From Paraspadella gotoi (Eukaryota > Animalia > Chaetognatha): a DNA stretch of 64,000 bases. How positions within the stretch are numbered: the first letter of the stretch is position 1; every line of letters starts with the position of its first letter. Positions 1-14,051 of this stretch are shown here, piece by piece. The stretch spans positions 9,168,432 through 9,232,431 of the forward strand of contig CM119263.1 of NCBI GenBank assembly GCA_051294375.1, given 5' to 3'. The notes below the pieces were generated by a model. The model was not told the origin of the DNA and searched no databases. It saw only the letters and a list, made by a program, of their open reading frames with translations. A program made the position numbers and the translations under genes.

Positions 1-909
1 TCGTCGTCGTCGTCGTCGTCGTTGTTCTGGCCCAACAGAAGCACTTAGTTGATTCGAGCTGTACGTCCCGTGTTTTTTTTGTTTTTTTTGTTTTGTTGAT
101 GAGATTCGGTTTTATTGTTTTCGAGGCCGTCATCGCCGTCGTCATCGTCGTCGTCATTATCGTCGTCGTCTTCGTCGTCAGAAACGAGAGGGAGAGAGAG
201 AGAGAGAACGTAGCTCGTTTAAACTTAAAAATAAAGTTTCCATGATTAATCGAAACGGATCCGAACTTCCCTTTTGTTTACCATTCGTCGACGCTTAAAA
301 CTCACTAGAACCTTCATAATGCGAACATTAATATTTTCCTCGTCGCTATTTTCGGCTTTTGTTGTGCTTCTGTCTTTGACAAATGATTTCCAATCGTGGA
401 GGTTGCTCCGCGCTGCCCTCTGTCGCCGCGAAAATTCGAAATCTCTCTCTCTCTCTCTCTCTTTGTCTCTCGCACTCTCTCTCTCTCTCGTTCTCTCTCT
501 CTCCCTCGCCGATTCTCTCTCTCTTTTTGTTTGAGGGCGGGATTTAGGTTTTAGAGGTTTGTTTTGGGTTTATAGTGTCGACTGTCGAGCAAGGAGATAA
601 TTTATACGTAGGTTTCATGTTTAACGCACGTACGAAATAAATATAATCCTGTTTAATCGTGAAAGTTGTTCTTTGTAAATTATCCCCAAAAAAATAATTG
701 TCACCGAAATCCAACTTTAAATCGGTGGTAAGCTTGGATTGTAAACTGTAGAAGATAGAACAACATGTGAAAATAGAGCAAATAAGAAATAAAGAAAGAA
801 AAAAAAAGAAGAAAAAATTAAAGGAAAAAAAAGAGAAAACATCTACTACGACTTTTGGGCGCGAAATCGCGAGGATATAAATCATCTTGGAGGTAATGGA
901 GAAGCGGAG

Positions 910-1027
910 AATGAGTGGGGAGTGAAGGAGGAGTGAAGTTGAGGAGTGAAGTGAGGATGAAGTGAGGAAGTGAGTGAGGAGAGAAGTAAGGCAGAAAGTG
1001 ATGTGAAGTGAGGAGTGAAGTGAGGAT
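910..1027 (+). repeat. Degenerate ~12-bp purine-rich tandem repeat
   Basis: Recurrent GAGTGAAGTGAG units. Confidence 0.7.
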
Positions 1028-1151
1028 TGTCGAGACTGTAGTAGTCAGAAGGGGGAAAAGTGATCCGATTCGCCCGGAGACGCGGCCTCATTTCCGTCTC
1101 CTTCGCGTCTCATTTTCACGTCTTGTTTCCGTCTCTCTCTCCTCTCTCTTG

Positions 1152-1187
<36 letters not shown>

Positions 1188-1191
1188 TTCT

Positions 1192-1224
<33 letters not shown>

Positions 1225-1560
1225 TTAATCGCCGTCTTCATTTTCTCTGTCTCTCGCTCTTCCCTCGCTCTTCGATTTTTCTCTTGATTGCGCTTTTGTT
1301 GATTCTTCTGAAAAGCTTAGTGATGATATTTGGTGAGTGGCGCATCCCTCGGCGCGAGTTTGACTTGATTGATGATTTCGCTTTAATCGCCGCCTCCTTT
1401 CCTCCCTTTTTCCTCTCTAACCTTTCCTTTCCTTTTCCTCCGCCCCTTCCTCTTTCTTTTTCTTTCTTCCTCCTCCTCTTCCTTACTCGACACGTGATCA
1501 AACGCTCTCCGCTCTGCCGCCACAGACGCCGCGAAATCGAGAGGCGAGAGAAGAAGAGAC

Positions 1561-1597
<37 letters not shown>

Positions 1598-1784
1598 TGT
1601 GTGTGGGGGGATTTCCTTTCTTTCTCTTTTTAAAACCAGAATCGATCTGTTCTTTTGTTTAGTGAGGATAAAGAAGTGGCTTCCCGGACATTGATTCATT
1701 CCTTTATCTTATTTCAGTCTTCCCTTTAATTAACAACTTCAGTAGTTTGCCTAATTTATTGTTCTTTTAGAGACAAAGATAAAG

Positions 1785-1820
<36 letters not shown>

Positions 1821-3546
1821 NNNNNNNNNNNNNNNNNNNNNNNNNNNNNNNNNNNNNNNNNNNNNNNNNNNNNNNNNNNNNNNNNNNNNNNNNNNNNNNN
1901 NNNNNNNNNNNNNNNNNNNNNNNNNNNNNNNNNNNNNNNNNNNNNNNNNNNNNNNNNNNNNNNNNNGGTTTAACTTTACATTCAACGACAAAGATAAAAA
2001 CTGAGAGAGAGAGAAAGAGAGAGAGAGATGTCATGGTTTAACTTTACATTCAACAACCGTATCGTAATTCGACCGGTTAAACTTTGCTCTCGCGAAAAAA
2101 AAAAGGATCACTAAATCATTCGATTTTTTCTCAGTTAAAAGTCGAAACCATCAACATTTTTTCCATTATTTTTTTTTATTTAACAGTGAAAACAATGAAA
2201 TTTTTTTTTCCATTTTAATTTTTTTTTCAGCCCGAAAATCCATTACTTAAGTTTTTTTTTTCCCGCCATAAAGTCTTCATCGAGTTCTCTTCATCCTCTT
2301 CCTCCTCCTACTCATTTTAACCTCCACCTCCTCATCCACGTCCTCATCATTCATTCTTTTTCTCACTTTCTACGAACTCCTCCCTGCCCTTGACCCCCAC
2401 CTGTTCCCCCTTTCTCCCTTTCCCCTCCTCCTCTTCCTCATCCCCGATGATGGACCACCCGCGAGACTAGCGTCGAGTACAAATAAATCAAAGTGCCGTT
2501 GTCAGGAAGATGGCAGCCCTGTCGCGCGGATTGCTTCAATTTAGTTTCATAATAATGAAAAATGGCCTTTCAATCCCCTACTATGAATAAGGAAATCCCC
2601 TTTTTTTTCCCTTTCNNNNNNNNNNNNNNNNNNNNNNNNNNNNNNNNNNNNNNNNNNNNNNNNNNNNNNNNNNNNNNNNNNNNNNNNNNNNNNNNNNNNN
2701 NNNNNNNNNNNNNNNNNNNNNNNNNNNNNNNNNNNNNNNNNNNNNNNNNNNNNNNNNNNNNNNNNNNNNNNNNNNNNNNNNNNNNNNNNNNNNNNNNNNN
2801 NNNNNNNNNNGAGAGAGAGAGTGAATGAGTACGAGACATTTTTTTATGTGGGATTTGGTGGAAGGCTGAGAAAAATCCGGCAACTTTCTCGGTTCTTTTT
2901 CGAAAATATTCTCTTCCCTTTTTTTTCCTTTTTGTCTCTTAGTCTTTTTTTTCTTTTTATCGCTTTTTTTCTTTTAAGTCTTTTTTTTTTTTTGACACCA
3001 TGCGATTTCGCCACGTGCGAAACCTAGCATTTGTTGCCACATGACACTTTCACTCACACTTTCACATCGATATTCAGAAATTTCGACGGGTTGCTATAAA
3101 CACGAAGGGTAAAGTTAAAAAATTAGTTTAGAGTATACAATTGAGACAACTAAAGGCGAAACTAAACTAAATTATTATTCAACAGTTGCGATTTAGAACC
3201 CCAAAGCTTGACATGACGGAATTTTCAAATCCATACAAGACTAAACATACACCAAACGCATTTACAAACTGACACAGCACCATCCAGAAACCCAAAGTTC
3301 ACCAAGCACCATAGAACCGCGCAGTCGATGTTTCGTCTCATCGCCGATGATTTGTTTGGCTTCGGATTTTCTCAGCTGATAAAATGTTTCGCCGCTTTTT
3401 TGATTTACGGCGGGGTTTCCCTTTAATGGCATCAATTTTCGCGGGCGCCGAGAATTTCCCCGAATTTTGGGGTATATCGTTCCGAATAACGTCGCCCCTT
3501 CCAGAGCCCTTTCTCTCTTCCTTTTTCTTCTTACTCTTTTTCTATT

Positions 3547-3651
3547 CTTCTTAGGTCGTGTTTACCTTTCTTTAATATTTCCCTTTTAATATTTAATATT
3601 TAATATTTCCCTTCTTAGGTCGTGTTTACCTTTCTTTAATATTTCCCTTTT
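3547..3651 (+). repeat. 41-bp direct repeat separated by short TAATATT repeats
   Basis: CTTCTTAGGTCGTGTTTACCTTTCTTTAATATTTCCCTTTT at 3547 and 3611. Confidence 0.85.
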
Positions 3652-3796
3652 TTTCTTTTATCATTTTTTCTACTCACTCTACAAAAAAAACCTTTTGACT
3701 TTCTCTCTCTATCTCTTCCCTCTTATGACCTCTTATTCCTTTATTCCCATCCTTCTCTACCTACCTCTTTCTCCAAATCTTTCACGCCTTACTTCC

Positions 3797-3827
<31 letters not shown>

Positions 3828-4958
3828 CCCACTTCCAAGTGAGGAGCAAGAGGAGGAAGATGAAGAGGAAGGGGCAAATATTTTAAAAGCCTTGAGACTC
3901 GTTGGAAAAATAAACGATGGAAATACTTTGTTTTAAAAGCGGCTTTAAAACCTCCATTAATCTTTTTGGCGGCGGCGAGCGGCGCTGGCGGCGGCGGGAG
4001 CAGGAAACTGCGATAAAAAAGGTGAACATCGTTTGGATTCGACTCAACTTTGGAGGCCGTAAAACTTTTTTTTCTACGAGGGACCAGTTGGCGCCATTTG
4101 GGAGGGCGGGGCCGAGATGGGGGCGCTGGTGACGAACGAAAATGGCGGCGTAGTCAGGAATTATCAACTTAAATATTTAGTACGTCATCCGATCCAAAAG
4201 GATACAAATCCTGTCGTAAGACTTCCTTAAAACAATAGCGTGTAATTAGAAATAAATAATACCGAAAATGAGCTTTCCTATTTTATCCCTTTCTCATAGG
4301 CTAAAACTACTCCAGAGCAAATCCTCCAAGCCCGTCAGACCCAGAGACCCAGAAACCGGTCCCTCTTCGAAACGCAAAACCATTTTTTTCAAACATGAAA
4401 AAGGCTTCCGACTTCGGAATAGCGAATTGGGTCGACGGAGAGAAAAGCTCGCCGAACCATAAGTCAATTCGGGCAAAAATGGGAAAGCGAGAGCGAGATT
4501 CGGTCGAAAGGAAGATGAAAATTTAGGGAAAAAAGATGCAGATATTTTGCAATGAGGAAATAGAGGTTTATTCAACAAGTAGGATAATTAAACAGAATAG
4601 GGGGAGAAAAACTCAGATTTAAATGGATGGAAAATGACATTTCTTTTAATATCTATTTAAACTAAACATTTCCCTACAATTGATCCAACCTTTATTACCA
4701 ACTCATTATTGTTGCCTTTATTTTGCCCTGAGCCAAAGAATAGCGAAAAAAAGCTAATGAAAAAGATTCTTTAAAAAAAAGTTAATTTGAAGGGATTTCT
4801 GTGGAGCAGAACCAATATTAGCTTCCCACGCTCGGGAATTGAGATAAAGGGGAAATAAAAAAACGATATGGAGACCGAAAGGAAAAGTAAAAATGAAAAA
4901 AAAATGAAAAAGAGGAACACATCCCAGTCATTCCGCTCCGTTTCCTCTTTAATCTATC

Positions 4959-5013
<55 letters not shown>

Positions 5014-5029
5014 TCTCTCTCTCTCTCTC

Positions 5030-5550
5030 TCGGCCTTTTAATACCTCTGTCTCTCGCCACGCCCCCCGGGTTTCCCGCCGTCCGATGGCACCCGTGGCGG
5101 CGCCTTGTATGTTGCTCAAGCAGATCGAGGATGGAAGAGAGAGAGATTGAGAGAAAGAGAAAGAGAGAGAGAGAGAGAGAAGAGAGAAGGAGAGAGAGGA
5201 GAGAGACGCCGACCCAAAAGAACGGACAAGAGCAGTTCAAGAGGCTATTATTCTCGATATCGAGACACGATTATTTCCATCGAAAGGAGGAGCCTCGATT
5301 TCCGAAGAGAGAGAGAGAGTAGAGAAGAGGAGAGAGAGGGAGAGAGGAGAGAGAGAAAAGAATGGAGAGAAACGAGGTTAAAACACATCTATTTTACGCG
5401 GAAATGGAGCTCCGATCTAGCTTCCATGTTTCCCTCGTCCTTTTCCCATTTTTCTACTTAAATATTTCCAGCTTTCCAATCTTTTTGCTATTTTTTTTCT
5501 TCTATTTTACCTCGGGTTTCCCACCCTCTCAAGCGCGGCGCTTGACTTCT

Positions 5551-5601
<51 letters not shown>

Positions 5602-7183
5602 TTCCGGAGTGAAACCTAGCACAGGGACAAGAAGGATGGGGAAGCATTCGTTCCATGCAACGGAGTCTACAGGAGACGCAATTGGGAACTGTTTGGCCCT
5701 CAAGATAATGATATGGGGACCTGCATTTATGTGGTAATATTGAAACGTCCTCTCCATGAGAAATGTTAATTAATACTGCAAAGTAATTAATACTAAATTA
5801 ATATTGCAAAGTAATTGGCATGAACTTCCGAAAACAGGTGCCGACAAAAGGAAGCGACGTCGTCCTCGCTGGCAACGCCCACCGCTGAACCAGGTGGCGT
5901 CGCCTCCGCGCTAAATCTTTTTTTTCCTGTAACGAAAATTTAACTTACGCAAAGGAAAACATTTAGTTAATTGAATTGGTATGTCATTTTTACTAAAAGA
6001 GAAGAAAGAGAGAGAAAAAAGAAGAGAAAGAGAAAGAGAGAGAGAGAGAGAGGCACAGGAAAAAAGGAAAGGTAACAAACCCGCGAGGCGGAATCTCATA
6101 TTCAAAGCATTTGTTAAAAGGAGCCGAAAAAAGAGGGAATATGGGCCTCTGGCGAACAGAAGAAAGAAACAAGAGAGAGAAGGTAGAAAAGTGGTGAAAG
6201 CATAAACAAGATTCATTGGTTGGCGGAAAAGGTTTTTTTTCTCTTTTCTTTCGCTTCTCTCTTTCAACCACTTTTCTACCTTGATCTCTCTCTCTTTTCT
6301 TTTCTCTTTCTCTTTCTATGTGTGTCTCTTTTTTATTTCTTTCCCTTCCAATTTATCTTCGCAAAAAAAGGATTTCGAACGAGTTTTCGCACTTTATTTC
6401 TTTTTTCTCTCTTCTTCATCCAGAAAAATGTAAATTTCCAGCCGCCTTTTTCATCTTTCTTGAACACGGGCGTCGTTATCGTCGTCGTCATTGTCCCCCT
6501 TTCAAACATATACTGTTATTCCTGTGTTTTCCTTATCTGCTTCTTTTGCTTGACTGGTTTTTTTGCGCCAAGAATCAAATTAATTCTGTTTCGCCGAAAT
6601 TATCACCAGAAATAAAACAACAAAAGCACTATTTGTTTTTGAAAATAGAGTTTTGCTTCGTTTCGGGAAAAAAAATTTCTATAATTAGATAGGTTAAAAT
6701 AATTTTTTTCTTTTTCGATGAAAAATATTCCCTTTTTTCATTGGTCGTTCTTTTCCAGTAAACGATTCGTGTTTTGCTGAAGTAACAAAACTTCATCATT
6801 AATCAGCCGCTTTATCTCGCTATTCTCCTTCCTGGGGTTATGGTCCTCTCTCTCTCTCTCTCTCTCTCTCGTCTCATCTCTCTCNNNNNNNNNNNNNNNN
6901 NNNNNNNNNCTCTCTCTCGCCTTTTAATACCTCTGTCTCTCGCCACGCCCCCCGGGTTTCCCGCCGTCCGATGGCACCCGTGGCGGCGCCTTGCGGGAAA
7001 ATCCGGAATTGAGCTGCAAGCAGATCGAGGATGGAAGAGAGAGAGATTGAGAGAAAGAGAAAGAGAGAGACCGGACCCAAAAGAACGGACAAAGAGAGTT
7101 CAAAGAGGCAATGGAAGGGAAGATGGATTCCATCGATATCGGAGACACGATTATTTCCATCGAAAAGGGAGGAGACCTCGAAT

Positions 7184-7241
<58 letters not shown>

Positions 7242-8281
7242 AATGGAGAGAAACGAGGTTAAAACACATCTATTAATACGCGGAAATGGAGCTTCCGACA
7301 AGAAGCTTCCATGTTTCCCTCGTCCTTTTCCCCATATTTCTACTTAAATATTTCCAGCTTTCCAAATCCTTTTTGCTATTTTTTTCCCACCTCCCTCTAT
7401 AACTTACCTCGGGTTTCCCACCCTCTCAAGCGCGGCGCCTTGAGACTATCTCTCTCTCTCTCTCTCTCTCTCTCTGCGTCTCTCTTCCTCGGTCTCTCTC
7501 ATCTCATGCGTCTCTCATCTCTCTTCCTCCTCCTTATCCCTGGAGTGAAAACCTAGCGACTCCCAAGGGACAAAGAAAGGATGGGAGGAAGCACTCAACG
7601 TTTCCATGGCAACGCGAAGTCTACAGGAGACGCAACTGGGATCTGTTGGCGCCTCAAGATAATGATATGGGGACCTGCATCTGAGCAATGGATGCAGGCG
7701 GTAATTATTGAAACGTCCTCTCCATGAGAAATGTTAATTAATACTGCAAAGTAATTAATACTATAATTAATATTGCAAAGTAATTGGCATGAACTTCCGA
7801 AAACATGATGCCGACAAAAGGAAGCGACGTCGTCCTCGCTGCAACGCCCACCGCGACCAGGTGGCGTCGCCTCCGCGCTAAATATTTTTTTTTTCCTGTA
7901 ACGAAAATTTAACTTACGCAAGGAGAAAACATTTAGTTATTGAATTAGGTATGTTATTTTTATTAAAAGAGAAAGAAAGAGAGAAAAAAAAGAAGAGAAA
8001 GAGAAAGAGAGAGAGAGAGAGAAAGAGAGAGACAGAGTGAGAGAGGCACAGGAAGAAAGGAAAGGTAACAAACCCCGCGAGGCGGAATCTCATATTGAAA
8101 GCCATTTGTTAAAAAGGAGCCGAAAAAAGAGGGAAATATGGGCCCTCTGGCGACAGAAGAAAGAAACAAGAGAGAGAGGTAGAAAAGTGGTGAAAGCATA
8201 AACAAGATTCATTGGTTGGCGGAAAAAGGTTTTTTTTCTCTTTTCTTTCGCTTCTCTCTTTTTCAACCACTTTTCTACCTT

Positions 8282-8322
<41 letters not shown>

Positions 8323-8859
8323 ATGTGTGTCTCTTTTTTATTTCTTTCCCTTCCAATTTATCTTTCGCAAAAAAAGGATTTCGAAACGAGTTTTCGCACT
8401 TTATTTTCTTTTTTCTCTCTCTTCATTCAGAAAAATGTAAATTTCCAGGTCGCCTTTTTCATCTTTCTTGAACACGGGCGTCGTTGTCGTCGTCGTCGTC
8501 GTCATTGTCACATTTCAAACATATACTGTTATTCTGTGTTTTCCTTATCTGCTTCTTTTGCTTGACTGGTTTTTTTCGCAAAATCAAATTAATTCTGTTT
8601 CGCCGAAATTATCACCAGAAATAAAACAACAAAAGCTTTTTTGTTTTTGAAAATAGAGTTTTGCTTCGTTTCGGGAAAAAAAAATTTCTATAATTAGATA
8701 GTAATTAGGTTAAAATATTTTTTTTCTTTTTCGAAGAAAAAATATTCCCTTTTTTACTTGGTCGTTCTTTTCCAGTAAACGATTCGTGTTTGCTGAGCAA
8801 CAAAACTTCATCATTAATCAGCCGCTTTATCTTCGCTATTCTCCTTCCTGGGGTTATGG

Positions 8860-8870
<11 letters not shown>
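5030..8870 (+). repeat. Tandem near-duplicate of ~1.9 kb (5030-6860 and 6915-8870) around a 25-N gap
   Basis: Both copies start CCTTTTAATACCTCTGTCTCTCGCCACGCCCCCCGGG and end CCTGGG(G)TTATGG(G)TCCTCTC. Differences are mostly 1-3 nt indels. Confidence 0.93.
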
Positions 8871-8922
<52 letters not shown>

Positions 8923-9286
8923 TCTCTTTCCAACGTATACTCCACTCCGGTAAACGGTAATTGTTTTAAAATTATTCTCAATGGTTCAATGAAAATTACG
9001 GCGGTAATTGAAAAGCAATCAATCAAGAATTTTGCCCCCAAATAGAATTGAAGGAAAAAAAATTGAAGCCTCTGTTTTCTGAAACATTAAGCTCTCTCTC
9101 TCTCTCTCTTTCTCTCTAATTTTGAACTAATTCGACCAGATGTCAATTTTCAACTCAGATACGAAGACGATTACTCAAAATCATGATTCTCTCGTTTGTC
9201 AAAATCAAATTTGCGATTTTTTTTTTCTTTTTTAGGTTCGGCACATCGTAATGAACTTTGAGCCTTTTTGTATTCTCTACCCTCCA

Positions 9287-9379
<93 letters not shown>

Positions 9380-12300
9380 CCTCCCTTCTCCCTCCTCTCT
9401 CCGAGGTTATAATCCCCCGATTTCGCTTGTCAGTCTGATGGCTCAACTAAAAGCCCAGCCTCCCCCGCAGACCGCCTCCTCTTCCGCTCTTCCTCCTTCC
9501 CTTCAACCAAGCCGGATCGCCTCTTCATCCTCGGAATCATTGTGCTCGTCATCATTCTGTCATCCCTATTTACCCCAATTATGAGCGGCGCGGATTTTTT
9601 CAGCTCTCTCTCTCTCTCTCTCTCTCTCTCTNNNNNNNNNNNNNNNNNNNNNNNNNNNNNNNNNNNNNNNNNNNNNNNNNNNNNNNNNNNNNNNNNNNNN
9701 NNNNNNNNNNNNNNNNNNNNNNNNNNNNNNNNNNNNNNNNNNNNNNNNNNNNNNNNNNNNNNNNNNNNNNNNNNNNNNNNNNNNNNNNNNNNNNNNNNNN
9801 NNNNNNNNNNNNNNNNNNNNNNNNNNNNNNNNNNNNNNNNNNNNNNNNNNNNNNNNNNNNNNNNNNNNNNNNNNNNNNNNNNNNNNNNNNNNNNNNNNNN
9901 NNNNNNNNNNNNNNNNNNNNNNNNNNNNNNNNNNNNNNNNNNNNNNNNNNNNNNNNNNNNNNNNNNNNNNNNNNNNNNNNNNNNNNNNNNNNNNNNNNNN
10001 NNNNNNNNNNNNNNNNNNNNNNNNNNNNNNNNNNNNNNNNNNNNNNNNNNNNNNNNNNNNNNNNNNNNNNNNNNNNNNNNNNNNGAGGTTTTATGGATGT
10101 TCGACAGAGTGAATCAAGGGAAAAGAAGAGCGATGTGCAGAATCGCCGAAATAAAAAGGCGATCGCTCAATGCGCGGGATTTGGTCGAATGGAAATAAAT
10201 CTGTTTCTTCGGGAAAATATTTAAGGAAAAGCGATGAGATGCGCTGTCTTTTTAAAATACGATACATTAAATAAGAAATTGACTAAAACGCGGGAACCGA
10301 TGGGCGTCGTAGCTCGTGCGCATCGGCCCTAATAAGGTTAGTCTTTTAGACACATATCAGAGCGCGTCCTCCTCCAATTTAGACTTTCCAGCTGTTCTGG
10401 GCCCAACACGCTTGCCGGGCGTCCAGCGATGGCTGTGGGATAAGTTTGACGGGAGGCGTAGTGGTCGCCGCGTTGGACAGAGCATTAAAAGATAGAAAAA
10501 AAATCTATTAACTCTCAGCGCCACCGCCATTAATTTCCAGGCCTCTCTCCACCAGTAAGCACGCTCTTTCGGCAAGTCCGATCCTTGAGGCCTTTCCACC
10601 CAAGAAGAGCGGATAAGAGTAGACGGGCAGTACTGAGTGGTGTTCGACCAAGATCTTAACGAGAAGATGCGGGCCTTAATCTTGTCCATCTTTTTCTGGC
10701 GCGAAGCGTGGCCTCAGGTCATGTCGGCTAGATCTCGCGGAGACGAGAGAGAAAAAACAAAGCAATCGATGGTCAATGGCCGGACGGAACATCATCGCTG
10801 CGAAGAACGAGCTCGTTCGGCGACCAGACCCAAAATCGCTGCCAGAACGTAGTGTGAGAGATTTTTTTTTGTTTTTTATTGGTAAATGGAATACGCCTCT
10901 TCTGAAGGCATTTCCCGAATAGCCTCGTCACCTTTCTCGTTGGGCGTCGGCCTTTTATTTTGAGCCACGCTTCGACGGTGGCTCCGAGGCGACCGCCTTC
11001 ATCAAGGATGTCTCCGCCCAATTCGAGCTCCCACGTCCCTCGTAAGCCTCAGGGCGCCAAACTTGTTGAAAGGGCAGAATATAACATTTGACGAGGTCAT
11101 GACTACAGAAATAAAACAGAGGCGGTAAATTAAATGTACCTACATTATTGAAGATGGGGAAGAACCGCCTCGGCATCGTGTAGTAGTCTATAGACTATTT
11201 AGTATTGATTTTGTGCCTAGGGAGCTAGAGGTTGTCTACGGGTTAGAGCCTTGATGTCAGTAGAAATTACGATAGCGCCTAACACGTTACCGGGGTCTGC
11301 AGGTACTCTTGTGCACCTTTATGTGTCTTTTTCATGTATTAGTGCGTAGATGTTAGAAGAGCATTTAGATATAAATCGGAGTTGTAAGCGTTTAGAAAAA
11401 TACATAGTTTTAACAAAAGATTGTAGGACAATGGTAGAGACATATTAATTTTCTTTCAAAAAACGAGATTTGATTATAAAAAGGAACAATAAACATGAAT
11501 TCGTACAAGTACCTGAGAATCTCCATGATTTATGAGAGATCCCGGACGTTGCTTCGATGAGTTCAAAAGGTTTTGGCCAATGCTATGTAACGGAATCTTT
11601 CGTCGCGCCGCCAACAAGCGTCTTTGATAGGATGATAATTAGATTGGCTGGGTAAATAATCTTCCTCTTTGACAACCGGTCGGCTAGGATTCGAACCTTC
11701 CATCTCCTCGATCCTCCGACGAATTTAGAAACTTCCTTTTTCGGCCTGAAAAAAAGGAACGGACGGCCCTTTCTTTTTCTACCGGGCGTTTACCTTCTCA
11801 CATGATTCTCTTTTCTTCAAGTTTGTTTGTAATCCTTCCGGTCTTCTTCCCGGGAGAGCACCCTTAACGTCTTTAATCTCTTTCTCGATTCCCGAACCGT
11901 ACTAATTCCATCCTTAATATCCGCTCATTCCGACGCCATTTTTTTCTTCGTCGTTTTCCTTTCTCTCTTCTTTCTTCGTCTGCCATTCCTTTTCGCTTCT
12001 CCGGCGTCTCTCCAACGCAGCCTCCTCAAAATCACTTCATTTTCGTCATCAGACAATCTCAGAACTTCGGTCCGCCACGGTCATTATTAATATCCTTCCT
12101 CGTATTAGGAATCCAGAGTCTCAATATTATACCAAATATTGCATAGTGCATGTCGCCATGAGTTTTCTTTCTCTCTTCCCCTCATTAAACAAAAAACAAA
12201 TTTTCAGTAAAACTTATTTTTGTTAAAACCATACGCGTCTTGCATTGTTTCAACTGATTGTCTCGAATCAGACCATAATAGACAAAAAAGATTTTCAGAG

Positions 12301-13913
12301 TCGAGTTACACCGCTTCTCAAAAAAATTTAACACCTCATCAAATACTCTTTACTGTCCGCCTTTTCACACATCGACTTTAGCTCTTTTGGCCATCGGAGA
12401 ACTGACAGAGTCTTCGTCTTTCGCTGTCGCTCTCCTCCGCAGAGGCTTCCATAGTGGGTTGGCGCGCCGTCTTCCGCTTCGCGAGACCAGAATTTCCTAT
12501 CTCGCGGAACCTCTCTTTCTGTGACGCGCGTTTTTGCCGCGGGATTCCCTTTGGACCTCTCTCGTCGATCACCGGTCCTTGAAAAAGCTTCACCGTTGGC
12601 TGCCCTTTATCCGGGCGATCCTACGAGGAACGTTCTCATAGGAATGCCATAGACCTGAACACTATTCGAGAGAAAAACGCGAACCGGAAGTTGGTGGCAC
12701 GTCGCTCACGTCGAGAAATCGACGAGTTTCGATTCGCCGAGTCTCACGCTGGAACGTCTTCGTCATCGTTCGCTTGTCCACGCGATTCGACGCCTCTCTT
12801 ATTTTTACGCCTCCTGGGAGAATTTTAGGTTTAATGGTCACTATTGAGTTTATCCTACTTTGTGCTCACCCTAGTTTTCTTTTTTCTTTCGGTTCTCGGG
12901 GCTCATCCTTTGTGTCTCAGACTTCTTTTCCGAGTTTCCCAAAAAATGACAGAATTGTTTTTTGTGCCATTGTACAAAAAACAAAAAAAAAACAATAGTT
13001 TGGAGTCTCACTCGAAGCTACACCCCACTAGCAACAGGACTATCACAATCTTTGCTTTAAAATTAACGATAACTTTAATACCCTTCAAATGTTCCTAATT
13101 CTCAGGTCATAGTTGATTTACACGCTGGTATCGATGACATCAAGATGACAAATGATATAAACCTCTAAACAGAACACTGATAGACGACTCACCGTACTCA
13201 AACGTGGTGGAGACATAAGAAAGACAGTAAGATATTGGTCAGAGAGTTCACTCCATATATATGTTGTGATTTCTGAGATACTCTCATAATTCCTTCAACT
13301 TCCTCTTACTTATTTCATTTAACTTAAGAGTTCAATGGCCACTTGTTCGTAACATTCCTTAAGCGTATATCGCGTCGTTTATCTTAACTGTCGATGAAGG
13401 ACTTGACAAATTTTTATTACCTTGAGCGAGTTTTCTCACGATTTTAAAGAGGACAGTACTATTTATTTAGGACCTCCATATGCGCCAACGATCCACAAAA
13501 ATTCTGTTATATTATTAGATCCGCCGAAATGACGTAGTCTAGGGAAGTACGTCTGATCGAAGCGTTCTTCGACATGGAGTGTCCCATTGTATCATTGGCT
13601 TATTAATAGAAATATGGCACAGGCGGTAAGTACCGTGGGTGGATCAAGAGTGATTCATAAGTGGCAAGAGCCGTCAAACTAATAGGGTTGTGTATGGAGT
13701 CTATTCTATTTTACTGGGAAGGTTATTAATTATTTTCAAAAGAAGAAAATATCATTCTGTTACCCCTTTGACAAGCCTATTAATAAATACTTTCGTTCCA
13801 ATAGAATAGTTAAATGAATATAAAACACTGAACATTCCCTATTTTTATTGTTTCAGACAAACCACATAAATGTCATAATGATAAAAATAACTACAACCTT
13901 CCCCGGTTTTCGC

Positions 13914-14051
13914 CGTCAAAAATGCCTATTTTATACTAGGTATTAATATTTGGCAGAAGTTAATCAATTGTAAAAGACAAAAAAACCAGAGACGACTTTA
14001 AAACCACAATTATTTGACGTAAAATATTCAACAAAATAGGAATTTTTGACG
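13914..14051. repeat. 19-bp inverted repeat (MITE-like remnant)
   Basis: CGTCAAAAATGCCTATTTT (13914-13932) vs AAAATAGGAATTTTTGACG (14033-14051): 18/19 complementary with a 100-bp spacer; no TSD identified. Confidence 0.45.

Noticed and set aside
10558-10600. HALSASPILEAF, resembling the myosin head motif NPILEAFGNAKT
   Set aside because: It is not followed by GNAKT and a stop occurs a few codons later; likely chance.
12037-12052. Minus-strand CTGATGA-C-GAAA hammerhead-like core
   Set aside because: It has no stem II, stem III or cleavage triplet in register.
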